This document shows positions 38,572 through 48,239 of a stretch of DNA of 64,000 nucleotides, one piece after another; within the stretch, counting starts at the first letter, position 1, and each line of letters starts with the position of its first letter. The stretch lies in contig CACOKI010000003.1 of NCBI GenBank assembly GCA_902627735.1, forward strand, positions 3,788 to 67,787, given 5' to 3'. A model generated the notes under the pieces. It saw nothing but the letters and a program-made list of their open reading frames with translations, had not been told where the DNA came from and did not search any database. This DNA comes from an uncultured Pelagibacteraceae bacterium (GTDB lineage: Bacteria; Pseudomonadota; Alphaproteobacteria; Pelagibacterales; Pelagibacteraceae). Both the position numbers and the translations under genes were made by a program.

Positions 38572-39858
38572 TTAATTTGAAAAACCATATTTTCTAAGTC
38601 TTATATCACCAGTCCTAGCGTGAGCTTCCATACCTTCATACCTCGAAATTCTAGCACATGCAGCACCGACAGATTTTGTTGATTCTTTTGTCATTCTTTG
38701 AAAACTTAAAGTTTTAATAAATTTACCAACAAATAATCCTCCAGTATAACGACCAGCTCCTTTTGTGGGTAAAATATGATTAGTTCCAGAACATTTATCT
38801 CCATAGGCAACTGTTGTTTCTTCACCGATAAATAAAGAGCCATAATTTTTAAGTCTCTTGTGAAACCAATCAAGATTTTTTGTTTGAACTTCTAAATGTT
38901 CAGGGGCATATTCATCACTAATTGTTGCCATCTCTTCATCAGTATCACAAAGAATTACCTCACCGTAATCTCTCCAAGCAGCTTCAGCACTTTTTCTGGG
39001 TAATTCTGGTAATTCAGCTATTAACTCCGGGACTCTTTTCATAACCTCATCGGCAAGTCTTTTGCTTGTAGTGTATAGCCAAGCGGGAGAATTATAACCA
39101 TGCTCTGCTTGTCCTACCAAATCTACTGCTACCATTTCTGAATCGGCATCATCATCGGCTATTACTGCAATTTCAGTTGGTCCTGCGAATAAATCAATAC
39201 CGACTTTACCAAATAAAATTCTTTTTGCTTCCGCTACAAATTGATTGCCTGGACCTACTAAAATATCTGCTGGTGGATTTTTGAATAAACCATTTGTCAT
39301 CGCTGCTATTCCAGGAACACCACCTAAATTTAAAAATACATCTGCACCACATAAATTAGCAGTATAAATAATTGCTGGATGTGCACCAGTATCTTTTTTT
39401 GGAGGGCTACAAGCAATAATATTTTTGACTCCTGCAACTTTTGCAGTTGTAACACTCATCACAGCCGAAGCTATATGCGCATATCTACCACCTGGAATAT
39501 AACAACCAGCTGTATTTACAGGAATTAACTTTTGACCTGCGTAAAGACCTGGTGAAAGTTCAACCTCGAAATCTTGTCCATAATTTTTTAATTGTGCTTC
39601 TGCAAATTTTTTTACTCTTTCGTGAGAAAATTGAATATCATCCTTTGTTTTTTGATCTAACTCTTTACTTATTTGCTCCATTCTCTCTTTTGAAACTACT
39701 ATTTCACCGTCATAGTTATCAAATTTTTTGGTTAGATCAATGCAGGCCTCTTCTTTTGATATTTCAATTTCTTTTAATAATCCTTTAACGATTTCATTTG
39801 TTTTACTATCGTCAGTGGAAGGAGTTTTTGGTGATTTTTTAAGGTATTTTATAGCCAT
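38572..39858 (-). CDS. hpsN: Sulfopropanediol (DHPS) 3-dehydrogenase HpsN (HisD paralogue)
   Basis: MAIKYLKK start, YIPGGRYAHIASA, GIDLFAGPTE, DLVGQAEHG, GDKCSGTNH; sulfonate context. Confidence 0.85.
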   Translation of the reverse strand: MAIKYLKKSPKTPSTDDSKTNEIVKGLLKEIEISKEEACIDLTKKFDNYDGEIVVSKERMEQISKELDQKTKDDIQFSHERVKKFAEAQLKNYGQDFEVELSPGLYAGQKLIPVNTAGCYIPGGRYAHIASAVMSVTTAKVAGVKNIIACSPPKKDTGAHPAIIYTANLCGADVFLNLGGVPGIAAMTNGLFKNPPADILVGPGNQFVAEAKRILFGKVGIDLFAGPTEIAVIADDDADSEMVAVDLVGQAEHGYNSPAWLYTTSKRLADEVMKRVPELIAELPELPRKSAEAAWRDYGEVILCDTDEEMATISDEYAPEHLEVQTKNLDWFHKRLKNYGSLFIGEETTVAYGDKCSGTNHILPTKGAGRYTGGLFVGKFIKTLSFQRMTKESTKSVGAACARISRYEGMEAHARTGDIRLRKYGFSN

Positions 39859-39911
39859 AGTATTTCAATTAGTTTGTTTAAAGCATATTAGATTTTTTTT
39901 CAATGAAACAA

Positions 39912-40823
39912 TTAATCTAAAGCAACAACAGCTGCAGCAATTGATGCTAACCTCGCAGGAGCTTCGTCAGAACGACTTGTTATTACAACTGGAACCTTAC
40001 CTCCAACAACTACACCAGCGGCACATGCACCACAAAAATAAATTAACATTTTAACCAAACCATTGCCTGTTTCAACACTAGGAACCAGTAAAACGTCAGC
40101 TATTCCCGCTACATCATTTTTTATTCCTTTTATAGCTGCAGATTTTTTTGAAATACTATTATCGAATGCTAATGGACCAAAAACATCAGCAATTAAATTT
40201 TCTTTCTTAGCTAATTTTGTTATTTCTTCAGCCTCTTTAGAGCTTGGAACACTATCTAAAACTTCTTCTGTAGCTGACAAAACTGCAACCTTAGGTCTTT
40301 CAATACCAATTCGATTTGAAAAATTTATAACATTCTTTAAAATATGCATTTTTGTCTTAACATTTGGTAAGACGTTTAAAGCTCCATCAGTAATAATCAA
40401 AGGTTTATCCTCTTTTTCCAAAGTCATATGCCAAATGTGACTTAGTCTAGTTTTACCTAATAAATTATATTCTCTTTTGAGAACTTCTTTCATTAGGACA
40501 TCTGTATGAATATGTCCCTTAACAATAATTCTTATTTTTTTTTCACTAGCTAATTTTGCTGCAATTGTTGCTGTATTATTTTCGACAGGTTCATGAATAA
40601 TTTCATATTTTGAGATATCCCATTTTAAATCTTCTGCACATTTTTGAATTTCTTTTTTGTCACCTATAAAAATAGGTTCGATTAAATTTTCTTTTACTGC
40701 ATCTTGAACAGAAAGCATTGGCAAAGGTTTTCCAGCATTTACAATACCTGCTTTTACTCCTTTTTTTTTATGTGCAAAATTTAAAAGATTATTTGGCACT
40801 ACTATTTCTTTACTTGAAAGCAT
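39912..40823 (-). CDS. pta: Phosphate acetyl/butyryltransferase
   Basis: KGHIHT, ITDGALN, GPLAFDN, VITSRSD. Confidence 0.82.
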   Translation of the reverse strand: MLSSKEIVVPNNLLNFAHKKKGVKAGIVNAGKPLPMLSVQDAVKENLIEPIFIGDKKEIQKCAEDLKWDISKYEIIHEPVENNTATIAAKLASEKKIRIIVKGHIHTDVLMKEVLKREYNLLGKTRLSHIWHMTLEKEDKPLIITDGALNVLPNVKTKMHILKNVINFSNRIGIERPKVAVLSATEEVLDSVPSSKEAEEITKLAKKENLIADVFGPLAFDNSISKKSAAIKGIKNDVAGIADVLLVPSVETGNGLVKMLIYFCGACAAGVVVGGKVPVVITSRSDEAPARLASIAAAVVALD

Positions 40824-40825
40824 AA

Positions 40826-41845
40826 TTATTTTTTTAAAGTTTCCAATTCTTTTTTAGTAATATTTGTTACTTTAATTTCTTTTTTTGAATTCATTTTAAA
40901 TCTTTTATATTTATTTTGACCAGGATACATTATTTCTTTTACTCCTTTAATTTTTGGTAATTTTTTTATTTTTTTTATATTATCTTTTATCCTAGTGTTA
41001 TAATTTTTTACAAATAAATTTGTTTTAAATGTGATAAATAAATGCCCAATATTTTGAGGACCTGAAAAATCATCAAAAGGATCTTTTACTCTTCCTGCAT
41101 GATTTCCTCCAGTTAATACCCCACTTAATATATCAACCATCCACGCTAAGCCAGAACCTCTAAAACCTGCTATAGGTAGTTGCACACCTTGAAGGGCTTT
41201 TTTTGCATCTGTTGTTGGTTTACCAAATTTATCTAGAGCAACATCTTTTGGTATCTTTTTATTATTTCTTTGCGCTAATCTAATACTCCCTCTATTTATC
41301 ATTGAAATAGATGTATCTAAAATAAATGGTATTTTAGAACCTGTTGGAGTTCCAAAACAAATTGGATTGGTGCCAAATAAACTTTTTAAGGCTCCATGAG
41401 GTGCAACAGCAGGTGGAGCATTAGTATAAATCATTGTTATTAAATTTTTTTTAACAGCTTGTTCTGCGTAATATCCTGATAAACCGTAATGACCACTGTT
41501 TTTAACAGCCACTAAGCCGATGCCAGTTTTTTTTGCATTTCTAATTGCCTGTTTAATTGCAATATCTGCAGCAACAAAACCAATACTATCATCAGCATCA
41601 ATATGAGAAATTGATGTTGATATTTTTTTTATTTTTATCTTTGGTTTTGGATTTATTAGTTTTTTAGAAATTCGATCACAATACATTTTTAGTCTTGAAA
41701 GTCCGTGTCCATATGCACCGACAAGCTCTGCATTTATAATTGCGTTTGCTGAAATTAAAGCATGATTATTATTCAAACCAAACTTTTTGAAAATTTTAAT
41801 AATTTCTTTTTTTAAAATTTTAGTCTTCAAATTAACCTTTTCCAC
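40826..41845 (-). CDS. Ldh_2 family oxidoreductase, probable sulfolactate dehydrogenase (ComC-like); start uncertain
   Basis: HGLSRL, SGHYG, FGTNPI, GSGLA; lies between tauC and pta. Confidence 0.8.
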   Translation of the reverse strand: MEKVNLKTKILKKEIIKIFKKFGLNNNHALISANAIINAELVGAYGHGLSRLKMYCDRISKKLINPKPKIKIKKISTSISHIDADDSIGFVAADIAIKQAIRNAKKTGIGLVAVKNSGHYGLSGYYAEQAVKKNLITMIYTNAPPAVAPHGALKSLFGTNPICFGTPTGSKIPFILDTSISMINRGSIRLAQRNNKKIPKDVALDKFGKPTTDAKKALQGVQLPIAGFRGSGLAWMVDILSGVLTGGNHAGRVKDPFDDFSGPQNIGHLFITFKTNLFVKNYNTRIKDNIKKIKKLPKIKGVKEIMYPGQNKYKRFKMNSKKEIKVTNITKKELETLKK

Positions 41846-43754
41846 GCCATGGAATTGTCTTATCAATAATTTTTCTTAAAGTTACATCAAATAAGAGACC
41901 CAACATTCCCATTATAAATATCGTGATCCAAATGACCTCATATTGAAAATATTTTTTGGCAACATTTTCTACAAATCCAATACCCGTTGTCCCAGCTAAA
42001 AATTCAGCTGCAACTAAAGTCCCCCAACACATTCCAACTGCAACTCTTATTCCTGTTAATATTTCAGGTAAAGAATTAGGGAAAATTACATATCTTAATA
42101 TTTGTTTTTTAGATGCTCCCAAAGAGTGAGCAGCATGAATTTTTGATAATTGAGTTCCGGATGCACCAGCCCTAGCTGAAATAATCATGATAGATAATGA
42201 CACCATAAATAATAAAAAAACCTTTCCTGTATTATCAATTCCTAAAACAGAAATAATTAGAGGAGCCCAAGCTAATGGAGGCACTGGTCTATATAGTTCG
42301 ATTAATGGATCAAAAAAACCTTTTGCAAATCTATTTAAGCCCATAAACAATCCTAAAGGAACACCTATAAGGATACCAAAAACTAGTCCTAAGAAGACCC
42401 TCATAAATGAATCCCAAATATGACCGTATGGCACAGGGATTTTAAATAATTCAAAGTCACCTGTAACAACTTTGAGAACATAGCCTTTAAAGTTTTGTTT
42501 GACTATTCCATCTTTAGTGTGAACAGGATATTCACCAGGAAGAATATCTGCAATCCAATCAGGCAAAATAAAACCGATCATTTTGCTTACATCGACCATA
42601 TCAATCCATAAAAGGGGAATATCTTTGTAACCTACGCTTGGTTTTAACATTAGTGCAAATTTATTAAAAGTATCAGAAGGTTTTGGAAGCCATCTACCAG
42701 AACCTTGTTCAGAACAACTTGGACCACTTGCAATAATAGTTCCTGCTGGAAACAAAAAGATATCAATAAATCTTAATCCACCTTGAGCTTCTTTTTGAGC
42801 AACATCAAATTTAATAATTGCATTTTGCATTTTATCTAATGCGTTAGGTGGGTAGATGCTTGCAAATTCTATTCTTCGAGCAATTTTTACAATATTTTTG
42901 GCGTACGTTGATGATAAATCTTCGCTATCTAAATCTTGTCTATAAGATTTAATTTCATCCTTTAGTTCTTTAATTTTTTCTTTAAATTGAGGGTTATGAT
43001 TTCTTAATTTGAAAAAATCATCACTTATTAAATTTAATTCTTGTGCAGCGGCATGAAATTTTAAACCTCTATCAGTTGCTGGAATTAGAGGTACTTCTAT
43101 TGTATTTTCTATAGATCCAGTCCCAGCACTTACTTTAACTATACCCCATCCACCTTCTTCACTTACAGCTTTTTGTCTTTCATTATATTCTTGTTCTGAC
43201 TCAAATGGATAATCAGGTTTTTGGAAATTTTCAGTCAAAAGATTAATTCTACCAGTAATGTCATCTATTTTTTGTCTAGTATCAATTTCAAGTAAGTCCT
43301 CATTAGTAAGTAATGGAATTAATTGATTGGTTTTACTAATAAAATTAGCAAGAATTATTTTTTGTTGACTATTTAGCTCATTAGAATTTTGTATTTCATC
43401 TAAGATTATTTGGAGATTTTTATTTTCTTTTTTAATTTGAGAGGTGCTTTTAAACTGCCTCTCTTCTATTGGGAATTGGTATTTTAATCCTAATAAAGAG
43501 TCATTAACTTTAGCTACTTGACAAAGTTCATTAGCAGATTTTGGATAAAAACCTTTTGCGATATCCCATGAATAATAAAGCCACACTAAAAGAAGAAAAC
43601 TACTACCAACTATGACCCAATGAGTACCACCTCTTGCTCTTTCTGGATTTCCAAATACTGCATCAACTTTTTCAGTTCTTATAAGGCGTCTACCATAAAG
43701 AATACATCCAACTACAGCAAAAAAAATTAGAAAAGTTACTATTTGTGTTAACAT
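41832..43754 (-). CDS. tauC: Taurine/sulfonate ABC permease with large extra N-terminal domain
   Basis: C-terminal RPVPPLAW, AAHSLGAS, TLVAAE; about 440-aa extension. Confidence 0.88.
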   Translation of the reverse strand: MLTQIVTFLIFFAVVGCILYGRRLIRTEKVDAVFGNPERARGGTHWVIVGSSFLLLVWLYYSWDIAKGFYPKSANELCQVAKVNDSLLGLKYQFPIEERQFKSTSQIKKENKNLQIILDEIQNSNELNSQQKIILANFISKTNQLIPLLTNEDLLEIDTRQKIDDITGRINLLTENFQKPDYPFESEQEYNERQKAVSEEGGWGIVKVSAGTGSIENTIEVPLIPATDRGLKFHAAAQELNLISDDFFKLRNHNPQFKEKIKELKDEIKSYRQDLDSEDLSSTYAKNIVKIARRIEFASIYPPNALDKMQNAIIKFDVAQKEAQGGLRFIDIFLFPAGTIIASGPSCSEQGSGRWLPKPSDTFNKFALMLKPSVGYKDIPLLWIDMVDVSKMIGFILPDWIADILPGEYPVHTKDGIVKQNFKGYVLKVVTGDFELFKIPVPYGHIWDSFMRVFLGLVFGILIGVPLGLFMGLNRFAKGFFDPLIELYRPVPPLAWAPLIISVLGIDNTGKVFLLFMVSLSIMIISARAGASGTQLSKIHAAHSLGASKKQILRYVIFPNSLPEILTGIRVAVGMCWGTLVAAEFLAGTTGIGFVENVAKKYFQYEVIWITIFIMGMLGLLFDVTLRKIIDKTIPWRGKG

Positions 43755-44552
43755 TTAATTTTCTTTCCCCATAATTTCTTCTTCCATATTCCAAATCATT
43801 TCTAAAATTTCTTCACGTTTTGCAGAAAATTCTTTATTCTTTTTAATTTCTCTTAAATCGTCTTTTAATCCCATTGATGCAAATGGTAGATTGTATTCTT
43901 TATGTATTCTTCCTGGTCTTGGAGCCATTACATATAACCTTTCACCAAGCAATAAAGCTTCTTCAACAGAATGGGTAATTAAGATAATTGTCTTTCCAGT
44001 TTCTTTCCAAATTTTTAGAACTAATGATTGCATCTTTTCTCTTGTTAACGCATCAAGTGCTCCTAATGGTTCATCCATTAGAATTAAATCAGGATCGTTT
44101 ATTAAACATCTAGCAAGGGCAACTCTTTGCTGCATTCCTCCGGATAATTGATAAGTTGGTGTATTTCCAAATCCTTTTAACCCAACTATTTCTAACCATT
44201 CATCAACTTTTTTTTGAGTCTTAATTGGATCTTCATTTTTCATTCTTAATCCAAAGTTGACATTTTCAGCTACTGTTAGCCATTCAAACAATGCTCCTTG
44301 TTGAAAAACCATTCCTCTTTCAACCCCAGGACCATCAATCTCTTTATTATTCAAAGTAATGCTTCCAGATGTAGGTCTTATAAATCCTGCAGTGATATTT
44401 AATAAAGTTGTTTTTCCACAACCTGATGGACCAAGAACAGTTAAAAGTTCTCCTTTTTTTAGAGTGAAATTTAAATCTTTTAAAGCATGAACAGTTTCTC
44501 CTTTTGGAGTTTTGAAAATCATATTTAGATTTTGAGAAACTAAATCACTCAT
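43755..44552 (-). CDS. tauB: Taurine/sulfonate ABC ATPase
   Basis: GPSGCGKTT, LSGGMQQR, DEPLGALDALTRE. Confidence 0.9.
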   Translation of the reverse strand: MSDLVSQNLNMIFKTPKGETVHALKDLNFTLKKGELLTVLGPSGCGKTTLLNITAGFIRPTSGSITLNNKEIDGPGVERGMVFQQGALFEWLTVAENVNFGLRMKNEDPIKTQKKVDEWLEIVGLKGFGNTPTYQLSGGMQQRVALARCLINDPDLILMDEPLGALDALTREKMQSLVLKIWKETGKTIILITHSVEEALLLGERLYVMAPRPGRIHKEYNLPFASMGLKDDLREIKKNKEFSAKREEILEMIWNMEEEIMGKEN

Positions 44553-44583
44553 AAAAATCTTTATATTTTAATTTTTAATAAAA

Positions 44584-44619
44584 AAATAGGCACCAATTTA
44601 ATAAAATTGGCGCCTATTT
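44584..44619 (-). terminator. Hairpin plus U-tract after tauA
   Basis: AATAGGCACCAATTT...AAATTGGCGCCTATT, with an A-run on + (U-run on -) towards tauB. Confidence 0.75.
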
Positions 44620-44639
44620 AAATTTTAATTACCTTTATA

Positions 44640-45581
44640 TTATAAAGGTAAGAAACTTGTGTCTACGTTTCCTCTTGGTGTTCCCATTCCTTTTAAGAAT
44701 GCATCAAGATTTCCACTCTCCATAGATTGTTTTGTTTCTTCTGGAGTTAAGAATTTAAAACCACCTAAAGTTTCTTTCATATCAGCAACTTTCATTTCTG
44801 AAGCTTTTGACATTGCATTCATATCGCTTTTACCAGCTCTATATCTTGCATTTGCTTCATGAGTCACTTCAATAAAAGTTCTTAGCATTCCAGGATTTTC
44901 CTTCATGAACTTAGTAGTTACAGAAGTAATATCTATACCTAAAATACCAGCATCTCTAGCTTCTTGAACTGTAAGTAATCTAGATCCAACTGCAGTTGCA
45001 GCTTTAATAGAGTTACCACCAAATAAACATGCCATTACAACATCGCCACTTACTAATGCAGCAGCTCCTTCTTCAGGATCCATTTGAATAATATCCATTT
45101 TTTTTCTGTCAGCTCCAACAACTTTCATACTTTCATCGAAAACATATTCAGCCATTGTTCCTAGTGGAACAGCAACTTTTTTTCCTTCTAACTCTGTTGC
45201 GTTTGCTTTTGTAATACCAGAAGCATTAGATGTTACACAAGTAGTACCACCCATTCCGTATTCCATAGCAATATCAACAAGTTTGATAGGTGCTTTTGAT
45301 TTTACCGCATTAATGAAAGGAACCAGACCTTGAGAATAAGAAATATCGATATCTCCTGCTAACATAGCATCAGTCATTGCTCCTCCATTAGTGAAATTTG
45401 TCCACTTAACAGGAACTCCTAAAGCTTTAGCAAAGTTCTTTTTCATCATATCTTCAAGATTTGGACTTGGCCATTCTAAAAAGTATGCAACTCTAACTTC
45501 GTTAGCTGCCGAATTAGCAACTGAAATTGAAAGATTAAGAGCTACAAAACATCCAAGAATAAAACTTATTATTTTTTTCAT
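44640..45581 (-). CDS. tauA: Taurine ABC substrate-binding protein
   Basis: Signal peptide, VAYFLEW, SYSQG, VAVPLGT; GAGG RBS; context. Confidence 0.85.
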   Translation of the reverse strand: MKKIISFILGCFVALNLSISVANSAANEVRVAYFLEWPSPNLEDMMKKNFAKALGVPVKWTNFTNGGAMTDAMLAGDIDISYSQGLVPFINAVKSKAPIKLVDIAMEYGMGGTTCVTSNASGITKANATELEGKKVAVPLGTMAEYVFDESMKVVGADRKKMDIIQMDPEEGAAALVSGDVVMACLFGGNSIKAATAVGSRLLTVQEARDAGILGIDITSVTTKFMKENPGMLRTFIEVTHEANARYRAGKSDMNAMSKASEMKVADMKETLGGFKFLTPEETKQSMESGNLDAFLKGMGTPRGNVDTSFLPL

Positions 45582-45760
45582 TTATTCCTCTTAGTTGATT
45601 ATTTATATGTTCTAAGTTTAAGATTAATTTGACCAATATGTAAAACAAAAAAATGCTCATTATAGTTACACAACTTTTAGTTGTGACAATTATTTTGGTG
45701 GTTTATTGGACTTAATTAGTCTAAGGATTCAGTAATTAACCATTTTAAAAAATTTTTAAT

Positions 45761-47107
45761 ATGAGCTCTGAAAAAAGAACATCTGTACCAAATTCTTTAA
45801 ATGAACATTGGATGCCATTTACATCTAATAAAGATTTTAAAGAAAATCCAAAACTTATAGTGGAAGCCAAAGGTGTATATTTAAAAAATCACCAAGGTAA
45901 AACGCAAATTGATGCTAGCTCAGGATTATTCTGCAATCCTTTAGGACATGGAAGAAAAGAAATTATTGAAGCAATAACAAATCAACTACAAACTTTAGAT
46001 TATTGCCAACCGTTCCAACAAGGATTTGGTGGATCTTTTGAATTAGCAACTAGAATTTCAAAACACACACCAGGAAATTTAAATAAAATTTTTTATACAA
46101 TTTGTGGATCTACCGCAGTTGAAACAGCAATTAAAATTAGTATTGCATACCATAAAGCAAGAGGCGAAGGACAAAGATTTAGATTCGTTGGGAGAGAACG
46201 TGCTTATCATGGGATGAATATCGGAGCAACATCAGTAGGTGGAATGATCAATAATGTAAAAGCTTATGCAAGTGTATTGATGCCCGGTGTTGTACATATG
46301 AGACACACACATTTAGATGAACATAAATTTATATCAGGTCAACCTGAAACAGGTGCTGAAATTGCAAATGACTTAGAAAGAATTTGTACTAATTTTGGTT
46401 CAGAAAATATTGCAGCCTGTATTGTGGAACCAATTGCTGGTTCAACTGGAACTTTAGTTCCTCCAGTTGGATATTTACAAAGATTAAGAGAACTTTGTGA
46501 CAAACATAAAATACTTTTAATCTTTGATGAAGTAATTACAGGTTGGGGAAGAACTGGTTCAGCATTTGGAGCTCAAGAATTTGGTGTGACACCTGACATA
46601 ATGACAATGGCAAAAGCAACAACTAACGGAATAGTTCCATTTGGTGTGGTTGCTTGTAAAGAAGAAATTTATGATGCAGTTATGGATAATTCTCCAAAAG
46701 GTGCGATAGAATTATTTCATGGTTACACTTATTCAGGAATACCAGTTTCTGTTGCAGCAGCATTAGCTGTACAAAATATTTTTGAAAAAGAAGATATTTT
46801 TAATAGAGCAAAAGAACTTGCTCCTTATTTCCAAGAAGGTCTATTTTCTTTAAAAGATATTGATGTAGTGGACAACATTCGAGGTTATGGAATGATGGGA
46901 GGTATAGATATTAAAACTGATGGCAGACCTGGTAAGGCAGGTTTAGCAACTTTTAAACATTGTTATGATGCTGGAGTTAATTTTAAAGCTACTGGTGATT
47001 GTTTAATAATTGCACCAATGTTTATTTGTGAAAAGAAACATATTGATGAAATTATTGAAAAACTGAGAACAGGAATAACTAATTACGCAAAAAGTAAAAA
47101 AAATTAA
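45761..47107 (+). CDS. Class III omega-amino acid:pyruvate aminotransferase (probable taurine/beta-alanine transaminase)
   Basis: HWMPFT, GSTAVETA, AYHG, FDEVITG, TMAK, HGYTYSG. Confidence 0.88.
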   Translation: MSSEKRTSVPNSLNEHWMPFTSNKDFKENPKLIVEAKGVYLKNHQGKTQIDASSGLFCNPLGHGRKEIIEAITNQLQTLDYCQPFQQGFGGSFELATRISKHTPGNLNKIFYTICGSTAVETAIKISIAYHKARGEGQRFRFVGRERAYHGMNIGATSVGGMINNVKAYASVLMPGVVHMRHTHLDEHKFISGQPETGAEIANDLERICTNFGSENIAACIVEPIAGSTGTLVPPVGYLQRLRELCDKHKILLIFDEVITGWGRTGSAFGAQEFGVTPDIMTMAKATTNGIVPFGVVACKEEIYDAVMDNSPKGAIELFHGYTYSGIPVSVAAALAVQNIFEKEDIFNRAKELAPYFQEGLFSLKDIDVVDNIRGYGMMGGIDIKTDGRPGKAGLATFKHCYDAGVNFKATGDCLIIAPMFICEKKHIDEIIEKLRTGITNYAKSKKN

Positions 47108-47116
47108 ACTTCAATA

Positions 47117-48235
47117 ATGATAATTGGCGTACCTAAGGAGATAAAACCTCAAGAGAATAGAATTGGCTTAACACCAGATAGTGTAAAAACTCTTGTGTCA
47201 GAGGGCCACAAAGTTTTAATAGAAAATAATGGTGGTTTTGAAGCAGGTTTTGATAATGAACAATATACAAATGTAGGAGCAAAAATTGTTAATAAAGCTT
47301 CTGATATTTTCAATGATGCAGAAATAATTGTTAAAGTAAAAGAACCTCAAAAAGTTGAAGTAGATATGATTAAAGAAAATCAAATCATATATACCTATCT
47401 TCACTTAGCTGCTGCAAAAGAATTAACAGAAGGATTAATCAAATCAAAAAGTATAAATATTGCATATGAAACTGTTACAGATGATAATGGTAGACTTCCA
47501 TTACTTGCACCAATGAGTGCTGTTGCAGGTCGTATGTCTGTACAGGCAGGAGCGCATTGTTTAGAAAAAAATCAAAAAGGCAGAGGGGTTTTGTTAGGTG
47601 GAGCACCTGGAGGTGAACCAGCAAATGTACTAATTCTTGGTGGCGGGGTAGTTGGAGAGAACGCTGCAATTATAGCTACTGGTATGAGAGCTAAAGTTCA
47701 TGTTGTAGATAAATCTGAAGCAAGATTGAAACAATTAGTTGAGATGTTTGGTGATAAAATTATTCCAGAACAAAGTGATAAAATAGATTTAAATAAATTA
47801 GTTGCTGAAGCAGATTTATTAGTTGGTGGAGTTTTAATACCTGGTGCAGAAGCTCCAAAATTAGTTACAAAAGATATGCTAAAATTAATGAAAAGAGGAT
47901 CTGTAATTGTTGATGTTGCAATAGATCAAGGAGGATGTGTAGAAACTAGTAAACCAACTACTCATGGAGATCCAACATATATAGTAGATGATGTAGTTCA
48001 TTATTGTGTTGCCAATATGCCAGGAGGAGTTCCAAGAACTTCTACTTTAGCTTTAAATCAGGCAACGCTTCCTTATTTAGTTAAATTAGCTAATAAAGGT
48101 TATCAAAAAGCTCTTGGAGAGGATAAAAATTTTTTAGCAGGTTTAAATGTTCACAAAGGTCATGTGACTTATAAAGCTGTTGCAGATGTTTTTGGACATG
48201 AATATGTTAACCCAGGAGATGCAATCAAAAATTAA
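47117..48235 (+). CDS. ald: Alanine dehydrogenase
   Basis: GVPKEIK, KVKEP, PMSAVAGR, DVAIDQGGC, VANMPG. Confidence 0.97.
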   Translation: MIIGVPKEIKPQENRIGLTPDSVKTLVSEGHKVLIENNGGFEAGFDNEQYTNVGAKIVNKASDIFNDAEIIVKVKEPQKVEVDMIKENQIIYTYLHLAAAKELTEGLIKSKSINIAYETVTDDNGRLPLLAPMSAVAGRMSVQAGAHCLEKNQKGRGVLLGGAPGGEPANVLILGGGVVGENAAIIATGMRAKVHVVDKSEARLKQLVEMFGDKIIPEQSDKIDLNKLVAEADLLVGGVLIPGAEAPKLVTKDMLKLMKRGSVIVDVAIDQGGCVETSKPTTHGDPTYIVDDVVHYCVANMPGGVPRTSTLALNQATLPYLVKLANKGYQKALGEDKNFLAGLNVHKGHVTYKAVADVFGHEYVNPGDAIKN

Positions 48236-48239
48236 TTAG

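Noticed and set aside
38572-39858. Calling this gene hisD
   Set aside because: The N-terminus and motif variants plus the sulfonate context fit HpsN, and no his operon surrounds it.
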